This document shows, piece by piece, positions 12,917-50,624 of a stretch of 64,000 nt of DNA. The first letter of the stretch is position 1; every line of letters begins with the position of its first letter. The notes beneath the pieces are model-generated. The model did no database searches, was not told the origin of the DNA, and saw only the letters and a list, made by a program, of their open reading frames with translations. The DNA is from Takakia lepidozioides (taxonomy: Eukaryota; Plantae; Bryophyta): the NCBI GenBank assembly GCA_030704615.1, contig CM060734.1:26412001-26476000 (forward strand). Direction: 5' to 3'. Made by a program: the position numbers and the translations under genes.

Positions 12917-13641
12917 TGTCGCGCACCTCACTTCGGTAAGCTCCCCTTCAAGTCATAGTTACTCGCTTTGATGCGCGCGCCTGACTCCCAACCTGGCCGC
13001 CCGGGCCAACTTGGAGCTTTGGCTGCTCACCGGGACATAACGGTCCCCCTTTGCTTCCCTCTAAACCCTCCACCTATTTGGGACTAGGAGAATTCCCTTT
13101 GGTAGATGGCAGTCCGGAACAGCTCCCCTCTCTTTGGTCGCTTTCCGGCTCGTTCGCTTACTCACTAGTTTTTGGTCACCAACGGGCTTGCACCGTTCTC
13201 GGGGTTACTACTCCCTATATATACTTCTGTAGCTGTCCGCGGGGTTTCATAACCAGCCATGCCATTTTATGGCGAACCACCACGAAAACCCTCGACTCCC
13301 GGTGATGAGTCGCGGTGAGTCTTGGCCCACTCATCACGGCCCCTATGGACCGTGATGAGTCCCAAGACTCCCCACGACTCCCACCACGAGGTCTCCGCCC
13401 CCATGGTGAGTCCTATGCCACCCCCACTAAGTCCCGCTAAGCTACCACCACCCCTTGTGGAGCCACCCCCACCGCAACCCGGTGTGCGGGGCTCCACCTA
13501 GTGAGCGCCTCCGCCTCCTTGAGTGCCTTGGGCACTCAAGGGTGCTTCAGCCCCCCATACCTATCGCTGCCGATGCCCCCACTACAGGGGCAGCTCCTCA
13601 TGTGTCCTGACCCCCTGCCCTCAAGGCAAAGGGCCGCGACA
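12917..13641 (-). repeat. 5' LTR (725 bp)
   Basis: Direct repeat of 6679-7403, followed on the minus strand by the PBS and gag. Confidence 0.95.
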
Positions 13642-15124
13642 CGGCGGAGGTAATGTGTATGTTGGAGATGAACCTTCCTCCCTCCTTCTTTGATATCCAA
13701 GTGCACTTAGTGGAAGAGGCTTTGATTGCCGGCCCCGTTTATTCTCAGTGGATGTACTTCCTTGAGTGTTACATGAAGACTTTGAAAGCATTTGTAAGAC
13801 AAATGGCGCACCTAGAGGGTAGCATGGCGGAGGGGTATACATTTCTAGAAGCTATGTTCTATTGCATGGAGTGCATGACAAGGGTGGATGAGGAAGCCCC
13901 TCAGACGTGGAAGGAAGAGGAGGATGTACGAACCAATGACATCGTTTTGCCCAAAAAATCGAAGAGGGTAAAATTGCCGACCTTGGTTATTGAGCAAGCG
14001 CATGACTTCATACTGAAGAACACCCCATCCATACATGAGTGGGAGGGAGGCAAGATACAATAACCTTGTTCAACAACGAGAGAAGGAGATGCTTGCATGG
14101 AGGCGGAACCATCCAAGGCCGGTTACTAGACGCCGTCGACGAGGAGCGGGCCGCCGGAATGTTCCTTCATTTATGACGCCAATTCAGATATGGTGCAAGA
14201 CCTTGCAAGGGGCCCCTCTCAATTTGCGACCTCCTACTCCGCGGTTAGGGATCACAGTCGTCATTTTCGCATTCGTGCTCTTGACATGAAACGCAAAATA
14301 ATGTTTGATTCTGGCTTGTGTGCCACATATTGACAAGACTCCGTGTGGGGTAAGGGAGATACATGACCTGCTATGAACAAACTTGAATACATTGGAGAGC
14401 TTGAGAGCATATTCCAACTTCAGTACACAAGGTACCGACCTCTTCTCTTCAAGGGAAGGTGGTTCCAGAAAAATCTTGTGGGGCCCTCCGCAACACTAGT
14501 ACGAGATGATTGTGGTTTCATACGCGTCAATGCAAATAGGCTCAACCCTACTCATCGTCCCTCCGATGAGCCTTTTGCATTTCCTTCAGACATGGAGCAA
14601 GTTTTCTTCTCTGATGACAAAACAAGAGGGGGAAATTGGAAGGTGGTTGTGCATGCTCAGCCAAGAGGAAGATGTATCTATCATGGTCTCGGATTTGCAC
14701 GGGGTGAGGCAATTACGGTGGAGGGACGGACTGGTCATAATGATGCTGATGATGGAGGTTGGGTAGAGGGGGTAAAAGAGGATGATGACGCCCCAGAGAA
14801 TGCATCCCGGACCCTATATGATGAAGCTCCAGAAGATACGGATGTTGGACAAGGAGATGAAGACACGGCCATTGACAACAAGGTGGAGGATGATTCGGAG
14901 GTGCATTTTGAGGGCCGGGTCATTTATGACGATGAATCCGATGACCAAGAAGACTTGCAGCTTGATGAGGATGAAGAAGCTTCGGATAATGATGTTCAAG
15001 TTGATTAGACACATAATCAAAGCTACATAATAATTCTCGCACCGAACTGTACCCATCCCTTCGATTGATTGTACATGTACATGCATATTGTAGCTTATTT
15101 TTATGATTCATCAATGGTCTTGCA

Positions 15125-15128
<4 letters not shown>

Positions 15129-15169
<41 letters not shown>
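15129..15169. repeat. (TC)n microsatellite
   Basis: About 20 perfect TC units. Confidence 0.95.
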
Positions 15170-15173
<4 letters not shown>

Positions 15174-15319
15174 ACAAATCTATTAACAACCAAGAGAGAG
15201 AGGGAGAGAGGGGGGGCAAAGAAAGAAAAATAGAGAGGTGGGCTCCCCTCCCTAGAGTCCCATCCCCCATCCCCACCCCCTCTCCCTGCCCCTTAACTCA
15301 AAGTAAAAGACCGCCCCCC

Positions 15320-15702
15320 CTTGCCACCCCCCACCGTGGCAAGCCAAAAAAAACCCATCGCAATACCCCCTTGCCACGCCCGGCCGTCGCAAAGGCCTTT
15401 TCCCCTTCAAGCCACCTTGCCACGCCCGAGCGTGGCAAGTGGGGCTGCCCCCCTTTGCGACGGCCAGACGTGGCAAGAAAGGGCTACCTCTTGCCCTTGA
15501 GGCCACCTTGCCACGTCCCGGCGTCGCAGGATGATCCCGACGTTGGGGGGCTACACCTGGGCGCTGGGTTGCCACACGGCGGCGTCACAAGCAGTGCCGG
15601 GGCGCCGCCGTGCCACGTCGTATGCTCCGGTGTCGTATGCTCAGCGCTGCGCGGGGCGTGGGGGCGCGGCTGCCGTCACTAACCCCCCTTTTTGCAGTAG
15701 TG
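15320..15702. repeat. CACTA right subterminal repeats and terminal inverted repeat
   Basis: About nine TTGCCAC/GTGGCAA motifs in both orientations within a GC-rich tract that ends in TAGTG. Confidence 0.85.
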
Positions 15703-16480
15703 GAAGGAACTTCCTGAACAACTTTATAAAGAATAGAAACTCCAGGGTAACAGTTTCTTCAAATCCATTGCCCTGCATTATAACTTTCAGGTCTATGGCA
15801 TCTGTTCTGCCTTTGACCTCTAGTTTTCCACTCTGTGAAGGAGCTACAGATGTTCTAAGCCATGCTAGGTAGTAATATAAAGAATGTACTTCCTGCACAA
15901 CTTAAAACTGTGTAGAAACTCCAGGGTAACAGTTTCCTTCAAGCCAATGCAATGAGAAAACATCTTTGAGGGAGGTGGTATCCCAAAATAGGTCAGGGTA
16001 TGTCAAAGATGTATTCATCTTTATCACCTTGCAGGTCTGAGGAAGCTGAGTCATCGCTTCCTTGCTCTTGAAAGATCTAGGGCTGCATTTGAACCCAACA
16101 TTTCCAAGGTTGTGAAACCTGCAGGTCAAAAGATCTTGTGTACAAAGGGAGGGAGAGGGTAGTTCCTCCATATCCCCAAATGATGGCAGTGAAGGTAACG
16201 ATACAAGTTGCTTTACCAGGAACTTCTCATGCACGTAGCCCTGTCACAGAAATGATTGAACTAGAATTGAGAGGCTGAACAGAGCACTGAGAAGAATACT
16301 TCTCTTGAGAACTCCTTCGTGACTCCTCTAATTCCTGAAACCGGGAGGTAGTTGGCAGCCTATTTGCTTCATTTTTACCACAGCCACAACCGAATAGAAT
16401 TCTACCCTGCGACGTGTCTTCAACTGAATTGAGTGACTCCTCCGTTCTCCATGATTGAGAAACAGAAAAAATGTTCAAAA
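15703..16480 (-). pseudogene. Possible degenerate RNI-like leucine-rich-repeat gene fragment
   Basis: Minus-strand pieces NLGNVGFK, VIKMNTSLTYPDL and a twice-repeated (L/F)(K/E)ETVTLEFL..KL.RK. The underlying DNA repeat AAACTCCAGGGTAACAGTTTC lies near 15737 and 15916. Frameshifted. Confidence 0.3.
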
Positions 16481-16902
16481 TCAGATACCCATGGGGCCTT
16501 TCGTAGAATTCTCAGAGCCTCTCTTCAGGGTCGTGCAACAGAAAGGCACTCATAACTGATTACGCAGGAAGAAAATGGCATATCTTGTCACAATTATGAT
16601 TGTATCTCTGTTTAGTTAGAGTGTTAAATTTTTTTCCACGACACTCTGTGTATCAATATATGCGTAGCGCCACATTAGGCTGTTACGTCATATCATACCT
16701 TATAGTTTAGTTAACCCTGATTAGGGATAGTAAACCATATGCAATAGGTCCTTAAAATGTTTTAAGGAAAGCTTGTCACCTTATTGACATAAACCTGATT
16801 TTTACAGGTGTCAAGGGAGTGTATAAATAAAACCACTGTCGAACAGTTTAAAGGGTAGTAAAGGAGCATAGGAATTAAAAAACATATAGTCTGCCAAGGA
16901 AT

Positions 16903-16904
<2 letters not shown>

Positions 16905-16933
<29 letters not shown>
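16905..16933. repeat. (GA)n microsatellite
   Basis: Perfect GA run. Confidence 0.9.
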
Positions 16934-16936
<3 letters not shown>

Positions 16937-17059
16937 GAAGAGTGAGGGAGAGGGAGAGAGAGGGTGTAGTGTGAATGCAGGGGAGTGACATTGAATTTTT
17001 TTGTGTTGTTGCTCGCTGAGATACTGCATTTCTACAAGGAAGAGCTCTGGTACCAGTGT

Positions 17060-19350
17060 GAGAATGGTTGAGTCATCCATGCGAATTATTTCATCCATGC
17101 TGTAGACAATAGTTCATCTTTGCCTACCAGATTATTTCATTAGCTGAGGAGAGTGGATTTTTCATCCGGAGAATGAACGAAGTTCATCCATGCTTGCTAG
17201 GTTATACCATGGGAACGATGGGGGAATTCTTGGCCAGGATGAAAAGATTTAAGTTACCTACGATTTATTTCATCCATTGGAAGGACGGATTTCATCCCTA
17301 TAATCTAGGTTACTCTATGGGCGCGATGAAGGTCCGTGGCCTGGATGAAAGTTGATCAAGTCATCAATTATCTAGTTTTTTCATCCCAAAGATGAACGGA
17401 GTTCATATATGCAGGAAGTGCGATGGCGGAGCAGTAGTAGAACGGGCAAGAGTGTGTGTAGCAGGGAACTTGGCGCGTATGCATTGAGGTATCTCGAAAG
17501 GAAAGGTGGACGCGTTGCCGAAGCAAGCGTAACTTATGGTGTCACTTGATCCCATAGGGCTACTGCCTTCCGGTGGGAAGGTGGACACCGTAATGACTTC
17601 CAACAGGTGGATTGAACAGAGGTATCTCGATTAAACAAGCAGTGAGGGGTTGAAGGAGATGCAGCGAGGGACGGTGTGGTGTGTGTGCGGCTGACAGATC
17701 GCGGGAAGCGGTGACACCAATTACTTTTGTGATTATTGCTTGGAAATAGCTTGCGGGGGAAGCAGCTCGGTATCATGGTGCAGTTCCCAACTGAGGGGCA
17801 GCGGTGCCGCCGTTGCCTTCATGAATACGATCACGGAAGGACGAGCTTACAAGGGAAGCGGCTTGCTGCCAGAGAACAGGAAGGTGAGGTTGTTGGCACA
17901 ATGAATGATGACTTAGGGTGATTTGGAAGATGAGTTGCTGGAGGATAAGCTTCAAAGCAGGCAGCTTGGTGTCTTGTGCAACCGCCAGATGAGGGGAACG
18001 GAGCCGTCGTTGTGTTTATGATTGCCTCTTGCCAATTACTGAAAGTATCTTGTGCAACCGCCAGATAAGGGAAGCGGTGACCACCAATTGCTTTGTGATT
18101 ACTGCTTGGGACGAAAGAAGAGCAGCTGGGTGTGTCGTCCAGCGGCCAGATGACAGGAAGGGATGAGGGCACTGGCTTGGCAGATGGTGACTCAGGTTAT
18201 CTGTAAATAAGGAGGTAGAGGGTGTGAATGTACAGAGCATGAAGCTTTTAGTCGCTGAATGTCTTCTTGTATAGATCATATCTGATCTTAGGGTAGATTT
18301 GCAGAGATGGTGGGATAGGCTAGTTTGTTAGCAAGCGGCAGGGGTGCTGCCGGAGGCTGAAGCAGAGCCGTCGGGACTTAATGGACTCTTAAATCGTTGA
18401 ATATCTGGAGGATGGAGTGGCAAGGCGGTGACATGATGTGACGTGCATAATCTCTGTTTTTAGAACGCCGTTGCATTCAGACGACAAGAGGAGTTAGGGT
18501 AGCTGCTGGCAGAGATGGTGAGGTGCCATTTTGGGCAGGCAAACCCACCGCTTCACTTGGAGTATAAAATAGATAAGTTCGTGGATACTTGGCTTCGTTT
18601 TTTTTTGGGACTTAGGATAGTTGTTGACATTTTGGTGAAAGGCTCTCTAGTGAGAATGATGTAGGAGATATGATTTTGAAAAATGGAATAGGGTGTGATC
18701 TGAACTTCAAAAAAGGGAGGTTGTAGAGAGAATGAGAGGAAATGTATGTATCCATTGGAATGGTGATAGAGGGCAGAGGCAACCCACCAACAGTCACTGA
18801 GTGTATAATGTTTATTTTGCTCTTGATATTCTGGTTCCAGTATCATGAATCTGGACCCACTGCTGCACTGGGGTAAAATTCCAAGATGGACTCACTGGAA
18901 CCGGCTGGGCGGTCTACATCTGCAGTAGATAGGCTGATTGTTGGATAATCAGAGCCGGGGGTACTTGTATCTGAAAGGGGAGAGAAAAGGTTTGGGAAGG
19001 GAGAGAGCTGCACAGTAAAAATGGGTAATGATGGGATGGTCAACTGGGAGATAGAGGAAAAACCATGAGATTGCAGAGAATCATTAGGCCTGTACATCAT
19101 GGCAGATATGAGTTGCCTTCCATTTATCAATGATTTCATTACAAAGGGGGTTCGGCATGTGCTGCTCGTGAGTGATGTCCACATAGGCTGACATTAGCTC
19201 TGACATAGGGCTGGTTGTATCACTGAAAACATCACAGCAGCACCATTGGGGCTGCAATTGTATTAAAATTGTGCAAAATCATGACAAGAAGATTATCCCC
19301 ATCCATGTTTTCTCATCCGCTGCGGCGTGGATGAGGACTGATGAACTCTG
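17060..19350. mobile_element. Probable unclassified DNA-transposon relic with TTCATCC/GGATGAA motif clusters
   Basis: More than ten TTCATCC/GGATGAA-like motifs at 17070-17405 and a smaller cluster at 19295-19350. Internal duplications include GGGAAGCGGTGAC..CCAATT..TTTGTGATTA.TGCTTGG at ~17703 and ~18069. Confidence 0.4.
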
Positions 19351-19439
19351 ATCATGAACAGTAAAAAGGAAATCTATAACTGTGTGCCAGTGGTAGATTG
19401 CTAAGTTGATCTTTTACTAGAAGAAACAAAGTTAGAATT

Positions 19440-20520
19440 ACACAGAAGGGGATTTATGCCCCTTCTTTTCACACTCCAAGGGAGTGAGGGAGAGAGAGGG
19501 ATAGAGGGAGAGAAGGGGAAATAGATTAAAAAGACGGTGGGGGAGGGCGGGGGGGGGGGGTTTTGACTGAGCAGCAGCAACTGCCCCCCCACATTTTGAC
19601 TTTTACTTTGTAGGGGGGAGCTGAGAGCAGCACAGCAGTTGCTGCTCTCAGCCCCCAACATGCGTTGGTGTTTTGTTGGGGATCTGGAATCTAGAGGTTG
19701 TTTCCACGCAGGCCTAATGTCTCCATTGCAAGGTGCCAGGAGTCTGGGGAAGAGAAAGAAGTCCCCTGCCCCAAAGAAAGCCGCGGTGAACCCGGTTATT
19801 ATCCCGAGAGTGTGACGCGGGCTGGCACCTCACGGGTTACCAGCACAATCGACTGCCGTGTCGTCCGGGTCCGCCCGCAACCTGAGGCCACCCCCCCCTC
19901 CCCCCCCACCCCCCCTCCCATTGTCCCCGTCTTGGATGCGCCAGGGGCCGGCTCAGCCAGCTCTCTTATTCGGGAGGTTGTTGCTGAGCCGGGATAATGT
20001 TCCCGTGGCTTAGTTTGAGCACACCCCCGGCCACCCAAGCCTCCTGAAATGTACCTTGGCAAGCGCATCACCCGTTCGGCGACCCGTATGGGAATCTCAG
20101 CTCTGTAGCGACCCCTTCCTCCGTAGCGAAGGCTGCACTTGCCAAGGCCCAAGGTCAGGTTCGAAGGCCTCGGAAGTGTTGGTTCCTAGCCCGCTATTTC
20201 AGATGAGGAGGAGGGAGGCCGATAAGAGGGTTGAGTTGGAGGCGCACCTCGTCGTAGCCAAGAGTTTTGTGGGGGGGGGGGGCGGCTAGGGGCTGGTGGG
20301 AGCCTAGCCGGTCAGCGACGTCACCGGAGAGCCTGAGCGGTCAGCAAAGAAGGGCCTGGACTACGGGGCGCCGCCGGGGGCTTAGTTGTTGTGGAATTTA
20401 CTTCCACAGTCGCTCGGGGAGGGGGGGAGAGAGAGGGACAGAGAGAGGGAGAGAGGGGGCAACAAACCAAAAAAAAAAAGGTGGGGGGGGAGTGATTGAG
20501 CAGCAGCAGCTGCTGAGCAT
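19440..20520 (+). mobile_element. Degenerate relative of the CACTA left arm (repeats plus the 5' part of the accessory ORF)
   Basis: Shares the GAGCAGCAGCTGCTG / GA-rich motifs of 1-960. The peptide PEMYLGKRITRSATRMG (20043-20093) matches PDFYAGKRILRSAARYG (1332-1382) at 11/17 residues. TIDCRVVR also resembles VIDGRVTR. Confidence 0.65.
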
Positions 20521-20786
20521 TGTTCTTTGGAGAGTAGATAAAGTATACTCATCTATCAATCCCCCGCCCCCTTGTACTCTTTCCAACACAAATACTCAAT
20601 GCACCCCTACCCATCCTCAGTTAATCCCCAGCACCCCAGGTTACCAGTAACCCCCCCCCCCCACTTTACACCCTATTAAGCCAACCCCGATAACCCGAAT
20701 GCATTCGCCATTGAAGCTATCCTCAAAGTTAAAACTCCGACATCAAAAGACTCATTTGGGGCCACTTGTGTAGACACATACTACTA

Positions 20787-20948
20787 CTGCAAATGGGTTG
20801 GCTTCCAATCGGATGACAACATGACAAATTGAAGACGATCTTTTTGGACCCAATGACAACTGCGATCCTGCAAATGGGTTGGCTTCCAATCGGATGACAA
20901 CATGACAAATGAAGACGATCTTTGGACCCAATGACAACTGCGATCCTA
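20787..20948. repeat. Tandem duplication, 2 x ~81 bp
   Basis: CTGCAAATGGGTTGGCTTCCAATCGGATGACAACATGACAAAT..GACCCAATGACAACTGCGATCCT is repeated with period 81. Confidence 0.9.
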
Positions 20949-21535
20949 CCGGCCATAACCTCGCCTTCACATACACCAACAACATGTCTCCGTGCAAACC
21001 CAACCTGAGGACGACTGATACATACACACCCGTTGGAGGTTGCCCCAAATGTGCACATATGCATCACAGAATGTAACCCAGATAAAGATATTAGACGTGA
21101 CTCCCCCGTCATAAGTAAAGTCTTCATATGTCCAACATATACGCCATTAACAGCAGCTACCTCGGCCTAATCCCCAACAACAGACTATCATGGCTTTGGT
21201 ATAAATATTCTACCTCAACTCCACTCACACCCCACCTACAACCAACCAGACAAGACTTTGCTACAGAGATCAGCTGGCTCCCTCCAAAAACCCACGAACT
21301 ACTAATAGACAAGCTAAGAGGAAGTTTAGTAACTACAGGGGAAGAAGACAGAAGTCCATTTTCAATTAACTTCCGCCCTTCAGGAAAATGCTCATCCTAT
21401 GCCATTGAATTTAGGGTGGAAAAAAGACATTCTCTTTTGAGTGTACAGGCTGGAGTGGGAGGTGGGCGATGAGGTAGGAGGGCCCAAAGGGGCTCCCTGG
21501 GCTGCTTTGTATGGAATAGCTTCTCTGACCCCTGT

Positions 21536-49393
<27,858 letters not shown>

Positions 49394-50299
49394 CCCGCCC
49401 CACCTCCTCAAAGCTTCCAACCCGTGGCCCGTTGTCTAGGTGCGGGTACAGAGTTCCCTTAGTGGAGTCCCTGCAGACCTAAACATGAATATGATTTTTG
49501 CCCACATAGTGAAATTAGAGCTACCAAGTCACTGAGCAATCTGAAAGAGCATGGGAGAGAGGAAAATGAAACCTGAAAACCCTCTTATGCAAAGAATATT
49601 AAGTCCTGATTTCGCCGATGCATGAACGGGGTAACACTAGAAGTAGAGAGTGCAGCATTCAGTTGGTAGGATTACAATTTAGAGCCTACTTCATGCGAAC
49701 ATTAATCATAATAAAGTGAGCAAAATGCTTCACCTGATTCGAGGAAGCCTTAGAATCTAGATCAACTCATAAGAATGTCCCTTAAACCCTTCAATTAACA
49801 GACGTCTAAAAAGGTGGTTGCCCTGAGTTGGAGGAGCTATCTGGTGTTGAGAAAGTATCCATCATGCAATTGCGTATACAGGGTTGACCCACAAACATAT
49901 CTGACAAACCTACTGGTGAAATTTACAAGTTATCACCACCTGATTGTACCTTCCCCTCACAACATTCAGATCTCTGCTTAATCGATCTATACGTCCCGCA
50001 AGACCAACCTCACCATGTGATCAGACAGAGCCCGATGTGCAGACTTGACGAAATCCACCGGATCCCACCAGACTCGGGCTTAAGATTACTCCCCAAGCTC
50101 TAGGCAGTTGTTGCCAACTCCTCTCAGTTTGAAGTGATTTTACCACCATTTTTCACGCTACAAACCCGTGACGACAGGGCACACCTGCAAGCAACTACCA
50201 TGATGCAGCGCAGCCATACGGCAATCATCCTACGAATTGCAACAAATTTCTGGCAAGACGGAGGGCACGCGAGAGATAAAAGAGGAGAAGGGAACCATG

Positions 50300-50560
50300 G
50301 CTATCCATGTAGGGGTACCCCTTAACCAATGCTGGGTTAGCCTGCACCAGGGTTTTCTCCCCGCACCGGCGGGCCCAATCACCAGCCGGCAGAATCAAAT
50401 TTCGCGAAACAAATTGGCTAGACTCACAATTGAAATGGCTAAACTCGCCTGTTTTAATTGTTTACTCCATGTTATTGGCTAATCTCGGGCTCAATTTGAA
50501 CGTGATACTCTTTCGGTTTTTGTCAAGAAAACCCTCGGTGCTCGCGACGAAGCAGCGGCC
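50300..50560. promoter_or_regulatory. Putative bidirectional promoter between CHR5 and PEX3
   Basis: The genes are head-to-head with ATGs ~1.2 kb apart. Motifs seen: GGGCCCAAT (site II plus CCAAT), two ATTGG boxes, the TTTCGCGAAA palindrome and AAACCCT. Transcription starts cannot be determined from the sequence. Confidence 0.5.
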
Positions 50561-50624
50561 AACGATGGCCTCCGTCCCTCTGTGATCTCTGCGGGGTTTT
50601 CGCGTAGCTCTTTCTACTGCAGCC

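Larger units (their letters stand above)
6679..13641 (-). mobile_element. Full-length Ty3/Gypsy chromovirus LTR retrotransposon
   Basis: Two 725-bp LTRs with TG..CA ends and 7-bp terminal inverted repeats TGTCGCG/CGCGACA. The 5-bp TSD CGGCG lies at 6674-6678 and 13642-13646. PBS and PPT are present, and the domain order is gag-PR-RT-RH-INT-chromodomain. Confidence 0.97.
3970..15008 (+). pseudogene. CACTA TnpD transposase (Transposase_21 + DUF4218 + DUF4216), multi-exon, interrupted by a Gypsy insertion and frameshifted
   Basis: Motifs seen: GYKIFHACPCD..CPK (4500-4580); IPRLK..MRWH..DSQAW..VRLGFSSDGINP..STWPV..YNIPP (4871-5205); YLRPLVDELKELW..WTMHDYPG (5385-5552); GYHAC; LDPMHVEKNV; HDYH..LPIA; then after the LTR element LEMNLPPSFFDIQVHL..WMYFLE..EGSMAEGY, and YIGELESI..LFKGRW..DEPFAFP..QVFF..W.VV. 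The putative catalytic D (SSDG), D (MHDY) and E (HVEK) are retained. Confidence 0.9.
1..15702 (+). mobile_element. CACTA (EnSpm) DNA transposon, right portion; the left terminus presumably lies upstream of the window
   Basis: The 3' terminus ...CCCCCCTTTTTGCAGTAGTG ends at 15702 (reverse complement CACTACTGCAAAAAGGGGGG). Subterminal TTGCCAC/GTGGCAA repeats lie at 15320-15620. A TnpD-type transposase and a PTTA-like ORF lie inside. No matching left TIR was seen in the window, so the left boundary is open. Confidence 0.8.

Noticed and set aside
20780-20800. CTACTACTGCAAATGGG resembling the CACTA TIR
   Set aside because: It lacks the CACTA start, has no partner TIR, and lies at the edge of a tandem duplication.
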